64,000 nucleotides of DNA from Eledone cirrhosa (taxonomy: Eukaryota), in the NCBI GenBank assembly GCA_964016885.1, contig OZ024741.1, forward strand, positions 11,594,001-11,658,000, in the 5' to 3' direction. Below, piece by piece: positions 16,701 to 35,400 of the stretch. The notes beneath the pieces are model-generated. The model was given only the letters and a program-made list of their open reading frames with translations, was not told the origin of the DNA and did no database searches. The translations under genes and the position numbers were made by a program. Position 1 is the first letter of the stretch, and each line of letters opens with the position of its first letter.

Positions 16701-19700
16701 CTCACATCTACTGAGTTACATACACTCACATCTACTGAGTTACATACACACATTTACTGAGTTACATAAACACATATCTACGGAGTTACATACACACACA
16801 CATCTACTGAGTTACATACACACACATCTACTGAGTTACATACACAAACATCTACTGAGTTACATACACACACATCTACTGTGTTATATACACACACATC
16901 TACTGAGTCACATACATACATCTACTGAATAACATACACACACATCTACTGAGTTACATACACACGCATCTACTGAGTTACATACACACACATCTACTGA
17001 GTTACATACACACATCTACTGTGTTACATACACACACATCTACTGAGTCACATACATACATCTACTGAATTACATACACACACATCTACTGAGTTACATA
17101 CACACATATCTACTGAGTTACATACACACACATCTACTGAGTTACATACACACATCTACTGAGTCACATACATACATCTACTGAATTACATACACACACA
17201 TCTACTGAGTTACATACACACACATCTACTGATTTACATACACACATCTACTGAGTTACATACAGACACATCTACTGAGTTACATACACACGCATCTACT
17301 GAGTTACATACACACACATCTACTGAGTAACATACACACACATCTACTGTGTTACATACACACACATCTACTGAGTCACATACATACATCTACTGAATTA
17401 CATACACACACATCTACTGAGTTACATACACACGCATCTACTGAGTTACATACACACATCTACTGAATTACATACACGCACATCTACTGAGTTACATACA
17501 CACACATATACTGAGTTACATACACACACATCTCCTAAGTTATATACACACATCTACTGAGTTACATACACACACATCTACTGAGTTACATACAGACATA
17601 TCTACTGAGTTACATGCACACATCTACTGAGTTATATACACGCACATCTACGGAGTTACATACACACACATCTACTGAGTTACATACATCTACTGAGTTA
17701 CATACACACACCTCTACTGAGTTACATACACACATCCACTGAGTTACATACACGCACATCTACTGAGTTACATACATACATCTACTGAGTTACATACGCT
17801 CACATCTACTTAGTTACATACACACACATCTACAGAGTTACATATACACACATTTACTGAGTTACATACACACATCTACTGAGTTACATACACACACTTC
17901 AACTGAGTTACATACACATACATCTACTGAGTTACATACACACACATCTACTGAGTTACATATACACACATCTATTGAGTTACATACACACATCTACTGA
18001 GTTACATACACACACATCTACTGAGTTACATATACACACATCTACTGAGTTACATATACACACATCTACTGTGTTACATACACACACATCTACTGAGTTA
18101 CATACACACATCTACTGAGTTACATAAACACATATCTACGGAGTTACATACACACACACATCTACTGAGTTACATACACACACATCTACTGAGTTACATA
18201 CACAAACATCTACTGAGTTACATACACACACATCTACTGTGTTACATACACACACATGTACTGAGTAACATACATACATCTACTGAATAACATACACACA
18301 CATCTACTGAGTTACATACACACGCATCTACTGAGTTACATATACACACATCCACTGAGCTACATACACACACTTCTACTGAGTTACATACACACATCTA
18401 CTGAGTTACATACACGCACATCTACTGAGTTACATACATACATCTACTGAGTTACATACACACACATCTACTGAGTTACATACACACACATCTACTGAGT
18501 TACACATACACAGATCTACTGAGTTACATACACACAAATCTACTGAGTTACATACACACACATCAACTGAGATACATACACACATCTACAGAGTTACACA
18601 CACACACATCTACTGACTTACATATACCCACATCTACTGAGTTACATACACACACATCTACTGAGTTACATACACATATCTACTGAGTTACATACTCACA
18701 TCTACTGAGCTACATATACACATACAACTACTGTTGTTACATATACACATATCTACTGAGTTACAAACACATATCTACTCAGTTACATATACACACACAA
18801 CTACTGAGTTACATGCACACATCTACTGAGTTACATACACACATATCTACTGAGTTACATACACGCACATCTATTGAGTCACATACACACACATCTACTG
18901 AGTTACATACACACACCTCTACTGAGTTACATACACACATCCACTGAGTTACATACACGCACATCAACTGAGTTACATACATCTACTGAGTTACGTACGC
19001 TCACATCTACTGAGTTACATACACACACATCTACAGAGTTACATATACACACATCTACTGAGTTGCATACACACATCTACTGAGTTACATATACACACAT
19101 CTACTGTGTTACATACACACACCTCTACTGAGTTACATACATACACATCTACTGAGTTATATAAACACACATCTACTCAGTTACATACAGACACATCTAC
19201 TGAGTTACATACACACCTCTACTGAGTTACATACACACACCATCTACTGAGTTACATACACACACATCTTCTGAATTACATATACACACATCTACTGAGT
19301 TACATACACACACATCAACTGAGATACATACACACATCTACAGAGTTACATACAGACACATCTACTGAGTTACATATACACATCTACTAAGCTACATACA
19401 CACACATCTACTGAGTTACAGACACACATCTACTGAGTTACATACACACATCTACTGAGTTACATACACACGCATCTACTGAGTTACATACACACATCTA
19501 CTGAGTTACATACACACATATCTACTGAGTTACATATACACATATCTACCGAGTTACATACACATATCTACTGAGTTACATACACACACACAACTACTGA
19601 GTTCCATGCACACTACTCCTGAGTTACATACACTCACATCTACTGAGTTACATACACTCACATCTACTGAGTTACATACACTCACATCTACTGAGTTACA

Positions 19701-19705
19701 TACAC
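13775..19705 (+). repeat. Near-perfect tandem duplication of a unit of about 2.96 kb
   Basis: CATTTACTGAGTTACATAAAC occurs at 13793/16751 (offset 2958) and CTGTTGTTAC at 15775/18731 (offset 2956). ORFs at 15918 and 18874 are identical. Confidence 0.9.
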
Positions 19706-22700
19706 ATATCTACTGAGTTACATACACACACACCTACTGAGTTACATGCACACATCTACTGAGTTACATACACACATATCTACTGAGTTACATACACACC
19801 TCTACTTAGTTACATACACACATCTACTGAGTTGCATACATACACATCTACTGAGTTACATACACTCACATCTACTGAATCACATACATACATCAACTAA
19901 ATTACATACACACACATCTACTGAGTTACATACACACTACTGCTGAGTTACATACACAGACATCTACTGAGTTACATACATACACATCTACTGTGTTACA
20001 TACACACACATCTACTGAGTCACATACATACATCTACTGAATTACATACACACACATCTACAGAGTTACATACACACACATCTCCTAAGTTATATACACA
20101 CATCTACTGAGTTACATACACACACATCTACTGATTTACATACAGACATATCTATTGAGTTACATACACACATCTACTGAGTTACATACACGCACATCTA
20201 CTGTGTTACATACACACATCTACTGAGTTACATACACACACATCTACTGAGTTACATACATACATCTACTGAGTTACATACACACACATCTACTGAGTTA
20301 CATACACACACATCTACTGAGTAACATATACACACATCTACTGTGTTACATACACACACATCTACTGAGTTACATACACACATCTACTGAGTTATATACA
20401 CTCACATCTACTGAGTTACATACACTCACATCTACTGAGTTACGTACACACATATCTACTGAGTTACATACACACATCTAGTGAGGTACATACACACATC
20501 TACTGAGTTACATACACACACATCTACTGAGTTACATACACACACCTCTACTGAGTTACATACACACATCTACTGAGTTACATACACACATCCACTGAGC
20601 TACATACACACACCTCTACTGAGTTACATACACACATCCACTGAGTTACATACACGCACATCTACTGAGTTACATACATACATCTACTGAGTTACGTACG
20701 CTCACATCTACTGAGTTACATACACACACATCTACTGAGTTACATACACACACGTCTACTAAGTTACATACACACATCTACTGAGTTACATACACACATC
20801 TACTGAGTTACATACACACACACCTACTGAGTTACACACACATCTACTGAGTTACATATACACCCATCTACTGAGTTACATATACACACATCTACTGAGT
20901 TGCATACACACATCTAGTGAGTTACATATACACACATCTGCTGTGTTACATACACACACCTCTACTGAGTCACATACATCCACCTACTGAGTTATATACA
21001 CACATCAACTGAGTTACATACACATACATCTACTGAATTACATACATACACATCTACCGAGTTACATACACACGCATCTACTGAGTTACATACATACATC
21101 TACTGAGTTACGTACGCTCACATCTACTGAGTTATATACACACACATCTACAGAGTTACATATACACACATCTACTGAGTTGCATACACACATCTACTGA
21201 GTTACATATACACACATCTACTGTGTTACATACACACACCTCTACTGAGTTACATACATACACATCTACTGAGTTACATACACACACATCTACTGAGTTA
21301 CATACACACACATCTACTAAGTTACATACACACATCTACTGAGTTACATAAACACATCTACTGAGTTACATACACACACATCTACTGAGTTACACACACA
21401 TCTATTGAGTTACATATACACACATCTACTGAGTTGCATACACACATCTACTGAGTTACATATACACACATCTGCTGTGTTACATACACACACCTCTACT
21501 GAGTCAAATACATACACCTACTGAGTTACATACACACATCAACTGAGTTACAGACACACATCTGCTGAGTTACATACACACACATCTACTGAGTTACATA
21601 CACACACATCTACTGAGTTACATACATACACATCTACTGAGTTACATACACACACATCTACTGAGTTACATACACACACATCTACTGAGTTACACACACA
21701 TCTATTGAGTTACATATACACACATCTACTGAGTTGCATACACACATCTACTGACTTTCATATACACACATCTACTGAGTTAAATACACACACACAATTA
21801 CTGAGTTACATATACACACATCTACTGAGATACATACACATAACTACTGAGTTACATACACAAATCTACTGAGTTAAATACACACAGATCTACTGAGTCA
21901 CATACATACATCTACTAAATTACATACGCACACATCAACTGAGTTACATACACACGCATCTACTGAGTTACATACACACATCCACTGAATTACATACACG
22001 CACATTTACTGAGTTACATACACACACATCTAATGAGTTACATACACACACATCTCCTAAGTTACATACACACATCTACTGAGTTACATACACACACATC
22101 TACTGAGTTACATACACACACATCTACTGAGTTACATACACACACATCTACTGAGTTACATACACACACATCTACTGAGTTACATATACACACATCTACT
22201 GAGTTACATACACACACATCAACTGAGTTACATACACATACATCTACTGAGTTACATACACACACATCTACTGAGTTACATATGCACACATCTATTGAGT
22301 TACATACACACATCTACTGAGTTACATACACACCTCTACTGAGTTACATACACACCTCTACTGAGTTACATACACACATCTACTGAGTTACATACACACA
22401 CACAATTACTGAGTTACATATACACACATGTACTGAGCCACATACATACATCTACTGAATTACATACACACACATCTACTGAGTTACATACACACATATC
22501 TACTGAGTTACGTACACACATATCTATTGAGTTACATACACACATCTACTGAGTCACATACATACATCTACTGAATTACATACACACACATCTACTGAGT
22601 TACATACACACACATCTACTGAGTTACATACACACATCTACTGTGTTACATACACACACATCTACTGAGTCACATACGTACATCTACTGAATTACATACA

Positions 22701-24639
22701 CACGCATCTACTGAGTTACATACACACATCTACTGAATTACATACACGCACATCTACTGAGTTACATACACACACATCTACTGAGTTACATACACACACA
22801 TCTCCTAAGTTATATACACACATCTACTGAGTTACATACACACACATCTACTGAGTTACATACAGACATATCTACTGAGTTACATACACACATCTACTGA
22901 GTTATATACACTCACATCTACTGTGTTACATACACTCACATCTACTGAGTTACATACACACATATCTACTGAGTTACATACACACTTCTAATGAGCTACA
23001 TACAGACATATCTACTTAGTTACATATACACACATCTACTGAGGTACATACACACATCTACTGAGTTACATACACACATCTAGTGAGTTACATACACACA
23101 TCAACTGAGTTACATACACATACATCTACTGAATTACATACATACACATCTACTGAGTTACATAAACACGCATCTACTGAGTTACATACACACATCTGCT
23201 GAGTTACATACACACACATCTACTGAGTTACATACACACACATCTACTGAGTTACATATACACACATCTACTGAGTTACATATACACACATCTAATGAGT
23301 TACATACACACAAATCTACTGAGTTACATACACACACATCAACTGAGATACATACACACATCTACAGAGTTACATTCACACACATCTACTGACTTTCATA
23401 TACACACATCTACTGAGTTACATACACACACATCTACTGAGTTACATACACAAACACCTACCGAGTTACATACACACACATCTACTGTGTTACATACACA
23501 CATCTACTGAGTCACATACATACATCTACTGAATTACATACACACACATCTACTGAGTTACATACACACGCATCTACTGAGTTATATACACACATCTACT
23601 GAATTACATACACGCACATTTACTGAGTTACATACACACTTATCTACTGAGTTACATACACACACATCTCCTAAGTTACATACACACATCTACTGAGTTA
23701 CATACACACACATCTACTGAGTTACATACACACATATCTACTGAGTTACATACACACATCTACTGAGTTACATACACGCACATCTATTGAGTTACATACA
23801 CACAGATCTACTGAGATGGATACACACACATCTACTGAGTTACATACATACATCTACTGAGTTACATACACACACATCTACTGAGTTACATACACACATC
23901 TACTGAGTTACATACACACACATCAACTGAGTTACATACACATACATCTACTGAGTTACATACACACACATCTACTGAGTTACATATACACACATCTAGT
24001 GAGTTACATACACACATCTACTGAGTTACATACACACACATCTACTGAGTTACATACACACATCTACTGAATTACATACACGCACATCTACTGAGTCACA
24101 TACATACATCTACTGAATTACATACACACACATCTACTGAGTTACATACACACGCATCTACTGAGTTACATACACACATCTGCTGAGTTACATATACACA
24201 CATCTACTGTGTTACATACACACACATCTACTGAGCTACATACACACATCTACAGAGTTACATAAACACATATCTACGGAGTTACATACACACACATCTA
24301 CTGAGTTACATACACACACATCTACTGAGTTACATACACAAATATCTACTGAGTTACATACACACACATCTACTGTGTTACATCCACACACATCTACTGA
24401 GTCACATACATACATCTACTGAATAACATACACACACATCTACTGAGTTACATACACACGCATCTACTGAGTTACATATACACACATCCACTGAGCTACA
24501 TACACACACCTCTACTGAGTTATATACACGCATCTACTGAGTTACATACACACATCAACTGAGTTACATATACACACATCTACTGAGTTACATATACACA
24601 TATCTACAGAGTTACATACACACAAATCTACTGAGTTAC

Positions 24640-27600
24640 ATACACACACATCAACTGAGATACATACACACATCTACAGAGTTACATACACACACATCTA
24701 CTGACGTTGATATACACACATCTACTGAGTTACATACACACACATCTACCGTGTTACATACACACATCTACTGAGCCACATACATACATCTACTGAATTA
24801 CATACACACCCATCTACTGAGTTACATACACACGCATCTACTGAGATACATACACACATCTACTGAATTACATACACGCACATTTACTGAGTTACATACA
24901 CACACATCTACTGAGTTACATACACACACATCTCCTAAGTTACATACACACATCTACTGAGTTACATACACACACATCTACTGAGTTACATACACACATA
25001 TCTACTGAATTACATACACACATCTACTGAGTTACATACACGCACATCTATTGAGTTACATACACACACATCTACTGAGATAGATACACACACATCTACT
25101 GAGTTACATACATACATCTACTGAGTTACATACACTCACATCTACTGAGTTACATACACTCACATCTACTCAGTTACATACACACATATCTACTGAGTTA
25201 CATACACACACATCTACTGTGTCACATACACACACATCTACTGAGTTACATATATACATCTACTGAATTACATACACACACATCTACTGAGTTACATACA
25301 CACACATCTGCTGAGTTACATACACACAGATCTAGTGAGTTACATACATACATCTACTGAGTTACATACACACATATCTACTGAGTTACATACACACACA
25401 TCTACTGAGTTATATACACACACATCTACTGAGTTACATACACACACATCTACTGAGTTACATACACTCACATCTACTGTGTTTCATACACACATATCTC
25501 CCGAGTTGCATACACACATATACTGAGTAACAAACACACACATCTACTGAGTCACATACATACACATCTACTGAGTTACATACACACATCTACTGAGTTA
25601 CATACACACACATCTACTGAGTTACACACACATCTACTGAGTTACATATACACACATCTACTGAGTTGCATACACACATCTACTGAGTTACATATACACA
25701 CATCTGCTGTGTTACATACACACACCTCTACTGAGTCACATACATACACCTACTGAGTTACATACACAGATCAACTGAGTTACATACACATACATCTACT
25801 GAATTACATACATACACATCTACTGAGTTACATACACACGCATCTACTGAGTTACATACACACATCTGCTGAGTTACATACACACACATTTACTGAGTTA
25901 CATACACACACATCTACTGAGTTACATACATACACATCTACTGAGTTACATACACACACATCTACTGAGTTACATACACACACATCTACTGAGTTACATA
26001 TACACACATCTACTGAGTTACATATACACACATCTACTGAGTTACATACACACATCTACTGAGTTACATACACGCACATCTATTGAGTTACATACACACA
26101 CATCAACTGAGATACATACACACATCTACAGAGTTACATACACACACATCTACTGACATTGATATACACACATCTACGGAGTTACATACACACACATCTA
26201 CTGCGTTACATACACACATCTACTGAGCCACATACATACATCTACTGAATTACATACACACACATCTACTGAGTTACATACACACGCATCTACTGAGATA
26301 CATACACACATCTACTGAATTACATACACGCACATTTACTGAGTTACATACACACACATCTACTGAGTTACATACACACACATCTCCTAAGTTACATACA
26401 CACATCTACTGAATTACATACACGCACATTTACTGAGTTACATACACACACATCTACTGAGTTACATACACACACATCTCCTAAGTTACATACACACATC
26501 TACTGAGTTACATACACACACATCTACTGAGTTACATACACACATATCTACTGAATTACATACACACATCTACTTAGTTACATACACGCACATCTATTGA
26601 GTTACATACACACACATCTACTGAGATAGATACACACACATCTACTGAGTTACATACATACATCTACTGAGTTACATACACTCACATCTACTGAGTTACA
26701 TACACTCACATCTACTCAGTTACATACACACATATCTACTGAGTTACATACACACACATCTACTGTGTCACATACACACACATCTACTGAGTTACATATA
26801 TACATCTACTGAATTACATACACACACATCTACTGAGTTACATACACAAACATCTGCTGAGTTACATACACACAGATCTAGTGAGTTACATACATACATC
26901 TACTGAGTTACATACACACATATCTACTGAGTTACATACACACACATCTACTGAGTTACATACACACACATCTACTGAGTTACATACACTCACATCTACT
27001 GTGTTTCATACACACATATCTCCCTAGTTGCATACACACATATACTGAGTAACAAACACACACATCTACTGAGTCACATACATACACATCTACTGAGTTA
27101 CATACACACATCTACTGAGTTACATACACACACATCTACTGAGTTACACACACATCTACTGAGTTACATATACACACATCTACTGAGTTGCATACACACA
27201 TCTACTGAGTTACATATACACACATCTGCTGTGTTACATACACACACCTCTACTGAGTCACATACATACACCTACTGAGTTACATACACAGATCAACTGA
27301 GTTACATACACATACATCTACTGAATTACATACATACACATCTACTGAGTTACATACACACGCATCTACTGAGTTACATACACACATCTGCTGAGTTACA
27401 TACACACACATTTACTGAGTTACATACACACACATCTACTGAGTTACATACATACACATCTACTGAGTTACATACACACACATCTACTGAGTTACATACA
27501 CACACATCTACTGAGTTACATATACACACATCTACTGAGTTACATATACACACATCTACTGAGTTACATACACACATCTACTGAGTTACATACACGCACA

Positions 27601-28460
27601 TCTATTGAGTTACATACACACACATCAACTGAGATACATACACACATCTACAGAGTTACATACACACACATCTACTGACATTGATATACACACATCTACG
27701 GAGTTACATACACACACATCTACTGTGTTACATACACACATCTACTGAGCCACATACATACATCTACTGAATTACATACACACACATCTACTGAGTTACA
27801 TACACACGCATCTACTGAGATACATACACACATCTACTGAATTACATACACGCACATTTACTGAGTTACATACACACACATCTACTGAGTTACATACACA
27901 CACATCTCCTAAGTTACATACACACATCTACTGAGTTACATACACGCACATCTATTGAGTTACATACACACACATCTACTGAGATAGATACACACACATC
28001 TACTGAGTTACATACATACATCTACTGAGTTACATACACTCACATCTACTGAGTTACATACACTCACATCTACTCAGTTACATACACACATATCTACTGA
28101 GTTACATACACACACATCTACTGTGTCACATACACACACATCTACTGAGTTACATATATACATCTACTGAAATACATACACACACATCTACTGAGTTACA
28201 TACACACAGATCTAGTGAGTTACATACATACATCTACTGAGTTACATACACACATATCTACTGAGTTACATACACACACATCTACTGAGTTATATACACA
28301 CACATCTACTGAGTTACATACACACACATCTACTGAGTTACATACACTCACATCTACTGTGTTTCATACACACATATCTCCCTAGTTACATACACACATC
28401 TACTGAGTTACAAACACACACATCTACTGAGTCACATACATACACATCTACTGAGTTACA
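24640..28460 (+). repeat. About 2.5-3 tandem copies of a 1.4-1.5-kb higher-order unit
   Basis: CTGAC(G/A)TTGATATA occurs at 24701/26153/27675 and GTTTCATACACACATATCTCCC at 25481/27003/28361. ORFs at 25852 and 27374 are identical (offset 1522). Confidence 0.85.
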
Positions 28461-29439
28461 TACACTCACATCTACTGAGTTACATACACACACATCTACT
28501 GTGTTACATATAGACACATGCACTGAGTTACATACACACACCTCTACTGAGTTACATACACACATCTACTGAGTTACATACACACACATCTACTGAGTTA
28601 CATGAATGCATCTACTGAGTTACATACACACACATCTACTGAGTTACTTACACACACATCTACTGAGTTACATACACACACATCTACTCAGTTACATATA
28701 CACATATGTACTGAGTTACATACACACAAATCTACTGAGTTACATACACACGCACCTACTGAGTTACTTACACGCACACAAATACTGAGTTACATATACA
28801 CACATCTACCGAGTTACATACACATATCTACTGAGTTACATACACACACACAACTACTGAGTTACATACACACATCTACTGAGTTACATACACGCACATC
28901 AACTGAGATACATACACACATCTACAGAGTTACATACACAGACATCTACAGAGTTACATACACACACATCTACTGAGTTACATACACTCACGTCTACTGT
29001 GTTAAATAAACATATCTACTGAGTTACATACACACATATCTACTGAGTTACATACACACAGCTACTTACTTACATACACACATCTACTGAGTTACATACA
29101 TACACATCTATTGAGTTACATACACACACATCTACTGAGTTACATACACACATCTACAGAGTTACATACACACACATCTACTGAGCCACATACATACATC
29201 TACTGAATTACATACACACACATCTACTGAGTTACATACACACGCATCTACTGAGATACATACACACATCTACTGAATTACATACACGCACATTTACTGA
29301 GTTACATACACACACATCTACTGAGTTACATACACACACATCTCCTAAGTTACATACACACATCTACTGAGTTACATACACGCACATCTATTGAGTTACA
29401 TACACACACATCTACTGAGTTACATACCCACACATCTAC

Positions 29440-32400
29440 TAAGTTACATACACACATCTACTGAGTTACATACACACATCTACTGAGTTACATACACACA
29501 CATCTACTGAGTTACACACACATCTATTGAGTTACATATACACATATCTACTGAGTTGCATACACACATCTACTGAGTTACATATACACACATCTGCTGT
29601 GTTACATACACACATCTCTACTGAGTCACATACATACACCTACTGAGTTACATACACACATCAACTGAGTTACATACACATACATCTACTGAGTTACATA
29701 CACACACATCTACTGAGTTACATACACACACATCTACTGTGTTACATACACACATCTACTGAGTCACATACATACATCTACTGAATTACATACACACACA
29801 TCTACTGAGTTACATACACACGCATCTACTGAGTTACATACACACATCTGCTGAGTTACATACACACACATCTACTGAGTTACATACACACACATCTACT
29901 GTGTTACATACATACACATCTACTGAGTTACATACACACACATCTACTGAGTTACATACACACACATCTACTGAGTTACATACACACACATCTACTGAGT
30001 TACATATACACACATCTACTGAGTTACATATAGACACATCTATTGAGTTACATACACACAAATCTACTGAGTTACATACACACACATCAACTGAGATACA
30101 TACACACATGTACAGAGTTACATACACACACATCTACTGACTTTCATATACACACATCTACTGAGTTACATACACACACATCTACTGTGTTACATACACA
30201 CACCTTTACTGAGTCACATACATACACCTACTGAGTTACATACACACATCTACTGAGTTACATACATACACATCTACTGAGTTACATACACACACATCTA
30301 CTGAGTTACATACACACACATCTACTGTGTTACATACACACATCTACTGAGTCACATACATACATCTACTGAATTACATACACACACATCTACTGAGTTA
30401 CATACACACGCATCTACTGAGTTACATACACACATCTGCTGAGTTACATACACACACATCTACTGAGTTACATACACTCACATCTACTGTGTTACATACA
30501 TACACATCTACTGAGTTACATGCACACACATCTACTGAGTTACATACACACAAATCTACTGAGTTACATACACACACATCAACTGAGATACATACACACA
30601 TGTACAGAGTTACATACACACACATCTACTGACTTTCATATACACACATCTACTGACTTACATACACACACATCTACTGACTTACATACACAAACATCTA
30701 CTGAGTTACATACACACACATCTACTGTGTTACATACACACATCTACTGAGTCACATACATACATCTACTGAATTACATACACACACATCTACTGAGTTA
30801 CATACACACGCATCTACTGAGTTACATACACACATCTACTGAATTACATACACGCACATTTACTGAGTTACATACACACACATCTACTGAGTTACATACA
30901 CACATATCTACTGAGTTACATACACACATCTACTGAGTTACATACACGCACATCTATTGAGTTACATACACACACATCTACTGAGATAGATACACACACA
31001 TCTACTGAGTTAAATACATACATCTACTGGGTTACATACACACACATCTACTGTGTTACATACACACATCTACTGAGTTACATACACGCACATCTATTGA
31101 GTTACATACACACACATCTACTGAGATAGATACACACACATCTACTGAGTTACATACATACATCTACTGAGTTACATACACACACATCTACTGAGTTACA
31201 TACACACACATCTACTGAGTCCCATACATACATCTACTAAATTACATACACACACACCTACTGAGTTACATACACACACATCTACTGTGTTACATACACA
31301 CACATCTACTGAGTTACATACACACGCATCTACTGAGTTACATACACACATCTACTGAATTACATACACGCACATCTACTGAGTTACATACACACACATC
31401 TACTGAGTTACATACACACACATCTCCTAAGTTATATACACACATCTACTGAGTTACATACACACACCTCTACTGAGTTACATATACACATCCACTGAGT
31501 TACATACACGCACATCTACTGAGTTACATACATACATCTACTGAGTTATGTACGCTCACATCTACTGAGTTACATACACACACATCTACAGAGTTACATA
31601 TACACATATCTACTGAGTTGCATACACACATCTACTGAGTTACATATACACATATCTACTGTGTTACATACACACACCTCTACTGAGTTACATACATACA
31701 CATCTACTGAGTTACATACACACACATCTACTGAGTTACATACACACATCTACTGAGTTACATACACACACATCTACTGAGTTACACACACATCTACTGA
31801 GTTACATATACACACATCTACTGAGTTGCATACACACATCTACTGAGTTACATATACACACATCTGCTGTGTTACATACACGCACCTCTACTGAGTCACA
31901 TACATACACCTACTGAGTTACATACACACATCAACTGAGTTACATACACATACATCTACTGAGTTACATACACACACATCTACTGAGTTACATACACACA
32001 CATCTACTGTGTTACATACACACATCTACTGAGTCACATACATACATCTACTGAATTACATACACACACATCTACTGAGTTACATACACACGCATCTACT
32101 GAGTTACATACACACATCTGCTGAGTTACATACACACACATCTACTGAGTTACATACACACACATCTACTGTGTTACATACATACACATCTACTGAGTTA
32201 CATACACACACATCTACTGAGTTACATACACACACATCTACTGAGTTACATACACACACATCTACTGAATTACATATACACACATCTACTGAGTTACATA
32301 CACACACACAACTACTGAGTTACATGCACACTACTACTGAGTTACATACACTCACATCTACTGAGTTACATACACTCACATCTACTGAGTTACATACACA

Positions 32401-35400
32401 TATCTACTGAGTTACATACACACACAACTACTGAGTTACATGCACGCATCTACTGAGTTGCATACACACATATCTACTGAGTTACATACACACCTCTACT
32501 TAGTTACATACACACATCTACTGAGATGCATACATACACATCTACTGAGTTACATACACTCACATCTACTGAGTTACATACACACACATCTACTGAGTCA
32601 CATACATACATCTACTAAATTACATACACACACATCTACTGTGTTACATACACACACATCTACTGAGTTACATACACACGCATCTGCTGAGTTACATATA
32701 CACATCCACTGAGTTACATACACGCACATCTACTGAGTTACATACATACATCTACAGAGTTACGTACGCTCACATCTACTGAGTTACATACACACACATC
32801 TACAGAGTTACATATACACATATCTACTGAGTTGCATACACACATCTACTGAGTTACATATACACATATCTACTGTGTTACATACACACACCTCTACTGA
32901 GTTACATACATACACATCTGCTGAGTTACATACACACACATCTCCTGAGTTACATACACACACATCTACTGTGTTACATACAGACACATCTACTGAGTTA
33001 CATATACACATCTACTAAGCTACATACACACACATCTACTGAGTTACAGACACACATCTACTGAGTTACATACACACATCTACTGAGTTACATACACACA
33101 CATCTACTGAGTTACATACACACATCTACTGAGTTACATACACACATATCTACTGAGTTACATATACACATATCTACCGAGTTACATACACATATCTACT
33201 GAGTTACATACACACAAACAACTACTGAGTTCCATGCACACTACTACTGAGTTACATACACTCACATCTACTGAGTTACATACACTCACATCTACTGAGT
33301 TACATACACATATCTACTGAGTTACATACACACACAACTACTCAGTTACATGCACACATCTACTGAGTTACATACACACATATCTACTGAGTTACATACA
33401 CACCTCTAGTTAGTTACATACACACATCTACTGAGTTGCATACATACACATCTACTGAGTTACATACACTCACATCTACTGAGTTACATACACACACATC
33501 TACTGAGTCACATACATACATCTACAAAATTACATACACACACATCTACTGTGTTACATACACACACATCTACTGAGTTACATACACACGCATCTACTGA
33601 GTTACATACACACATCTACTGAATTACATACACGCACATCTACTGAGTTACATACACACACATCTACTGAGTTACATACACACACATCTCCTAAGTTATA
33701 TACACACATCTACTGAGTTACATACACACACCTCTACTGAGTTACATATACACATCCACTGAGTTACATACACGCACATCTACTGAGTTACATACATACA
33801 TCTACTGAGTTACGTACGCTCACATCTACTGAGTTACATACACACACATCTACAGAGTTACATATACGCATATCTACTGAGTTGCATACACACATCTACT
33901 GAGTTACATATACACTTATCTATTGTGTTACATACACACACCTCTACTGAGTTACATACATACACATCTACTGAGTTACATACACACACATCTACTGAGT
34001 TACATACACACATCTACTGAGTTACATACACACACATCTACTGAGTTACACACCCCTCTACTGAGTTACATATACACACATCTACTGAGTTGCATACACA
34101 CATCTACTGAGTTACATATACACACATCTGCTGTGTTACATACACACACCTCTACTGAGTCACATACATACACCTACTGAGTTACATACACACATCATCT
34201 GAGTTACATACACATACATCTACTGAGTTACATACACACACATCTACTGAGTTACATACACACACATCTACTGTGTTACATACACACATCTACTGAGTCA
34301 CATACATACATCTACTGAATTACATACACACACATCTACTGAGTTACATACACACGCATCTACTGAGTTACATACACACATCTGCTGAGTTACATACACA
34401 AACATCTACTGAGTTACATACACACACATCTACTGTGTTACATACATACACATCTACTGAGTTACATACACACACATCTACTGAGTTACATACACACACA
34501 TCTACTGAGTTACATACACACACATCTACTGAGTTACATACACACACATCTACTGAGTTACATATACACACATCTACTGAGTTATATATACACACATCTA
34601 TTGAGTTACATACACACAAATCTACTGAGTTACATACACACACATCAACTGAGATACATACACACATGTACAGAGTTACATACACACACATCTACTGACT
34701 TTCATATACACACATCTACTGAGTTACATAGACACACATCTACTGTGTTACATACACACACCTTTACTGAGTCACATACATACACCTACTGAGTTACATA
34801 CACACATCTACTGAGTTACATACATACACATCTACTGAGTTACATACACACACATCTACTGAGTTACATACACACACATCTACTGTGTTACATACACACA
34901 TCTACTGAGTTACATATACACACATCTACTGAGTTACATACACACAAATCTACTGAGTTACATACACACACATCAACTGAGATACATACACACATGTACA
35001 GAGTTACATACACACACATCTACTGACTTTCATATACACACATCTACTGCCTTACATACACACACATCTACTGAGTTACATATACAAACATCTACTGAGT
35101 TACATACACACACATCTACTGTGTTACATACACACATCTACTGAGTCACATACATACATCTACTGAATTACATACACACACATCTACTTAGTTACATACA
35201 CACGCATCTACTGAGTTACATACACACATCTACTGAATTACATACACGCACATTTACTGAGTTACATACACACACATCTACTGAGTTACATACACACATA
35301 TCTACTGAGTTACATACACACATCTACTGAGTTACATACACGCACATCTATTGAGTTACATACACACACATCTACTGAGATAGATACACACACATCTACT

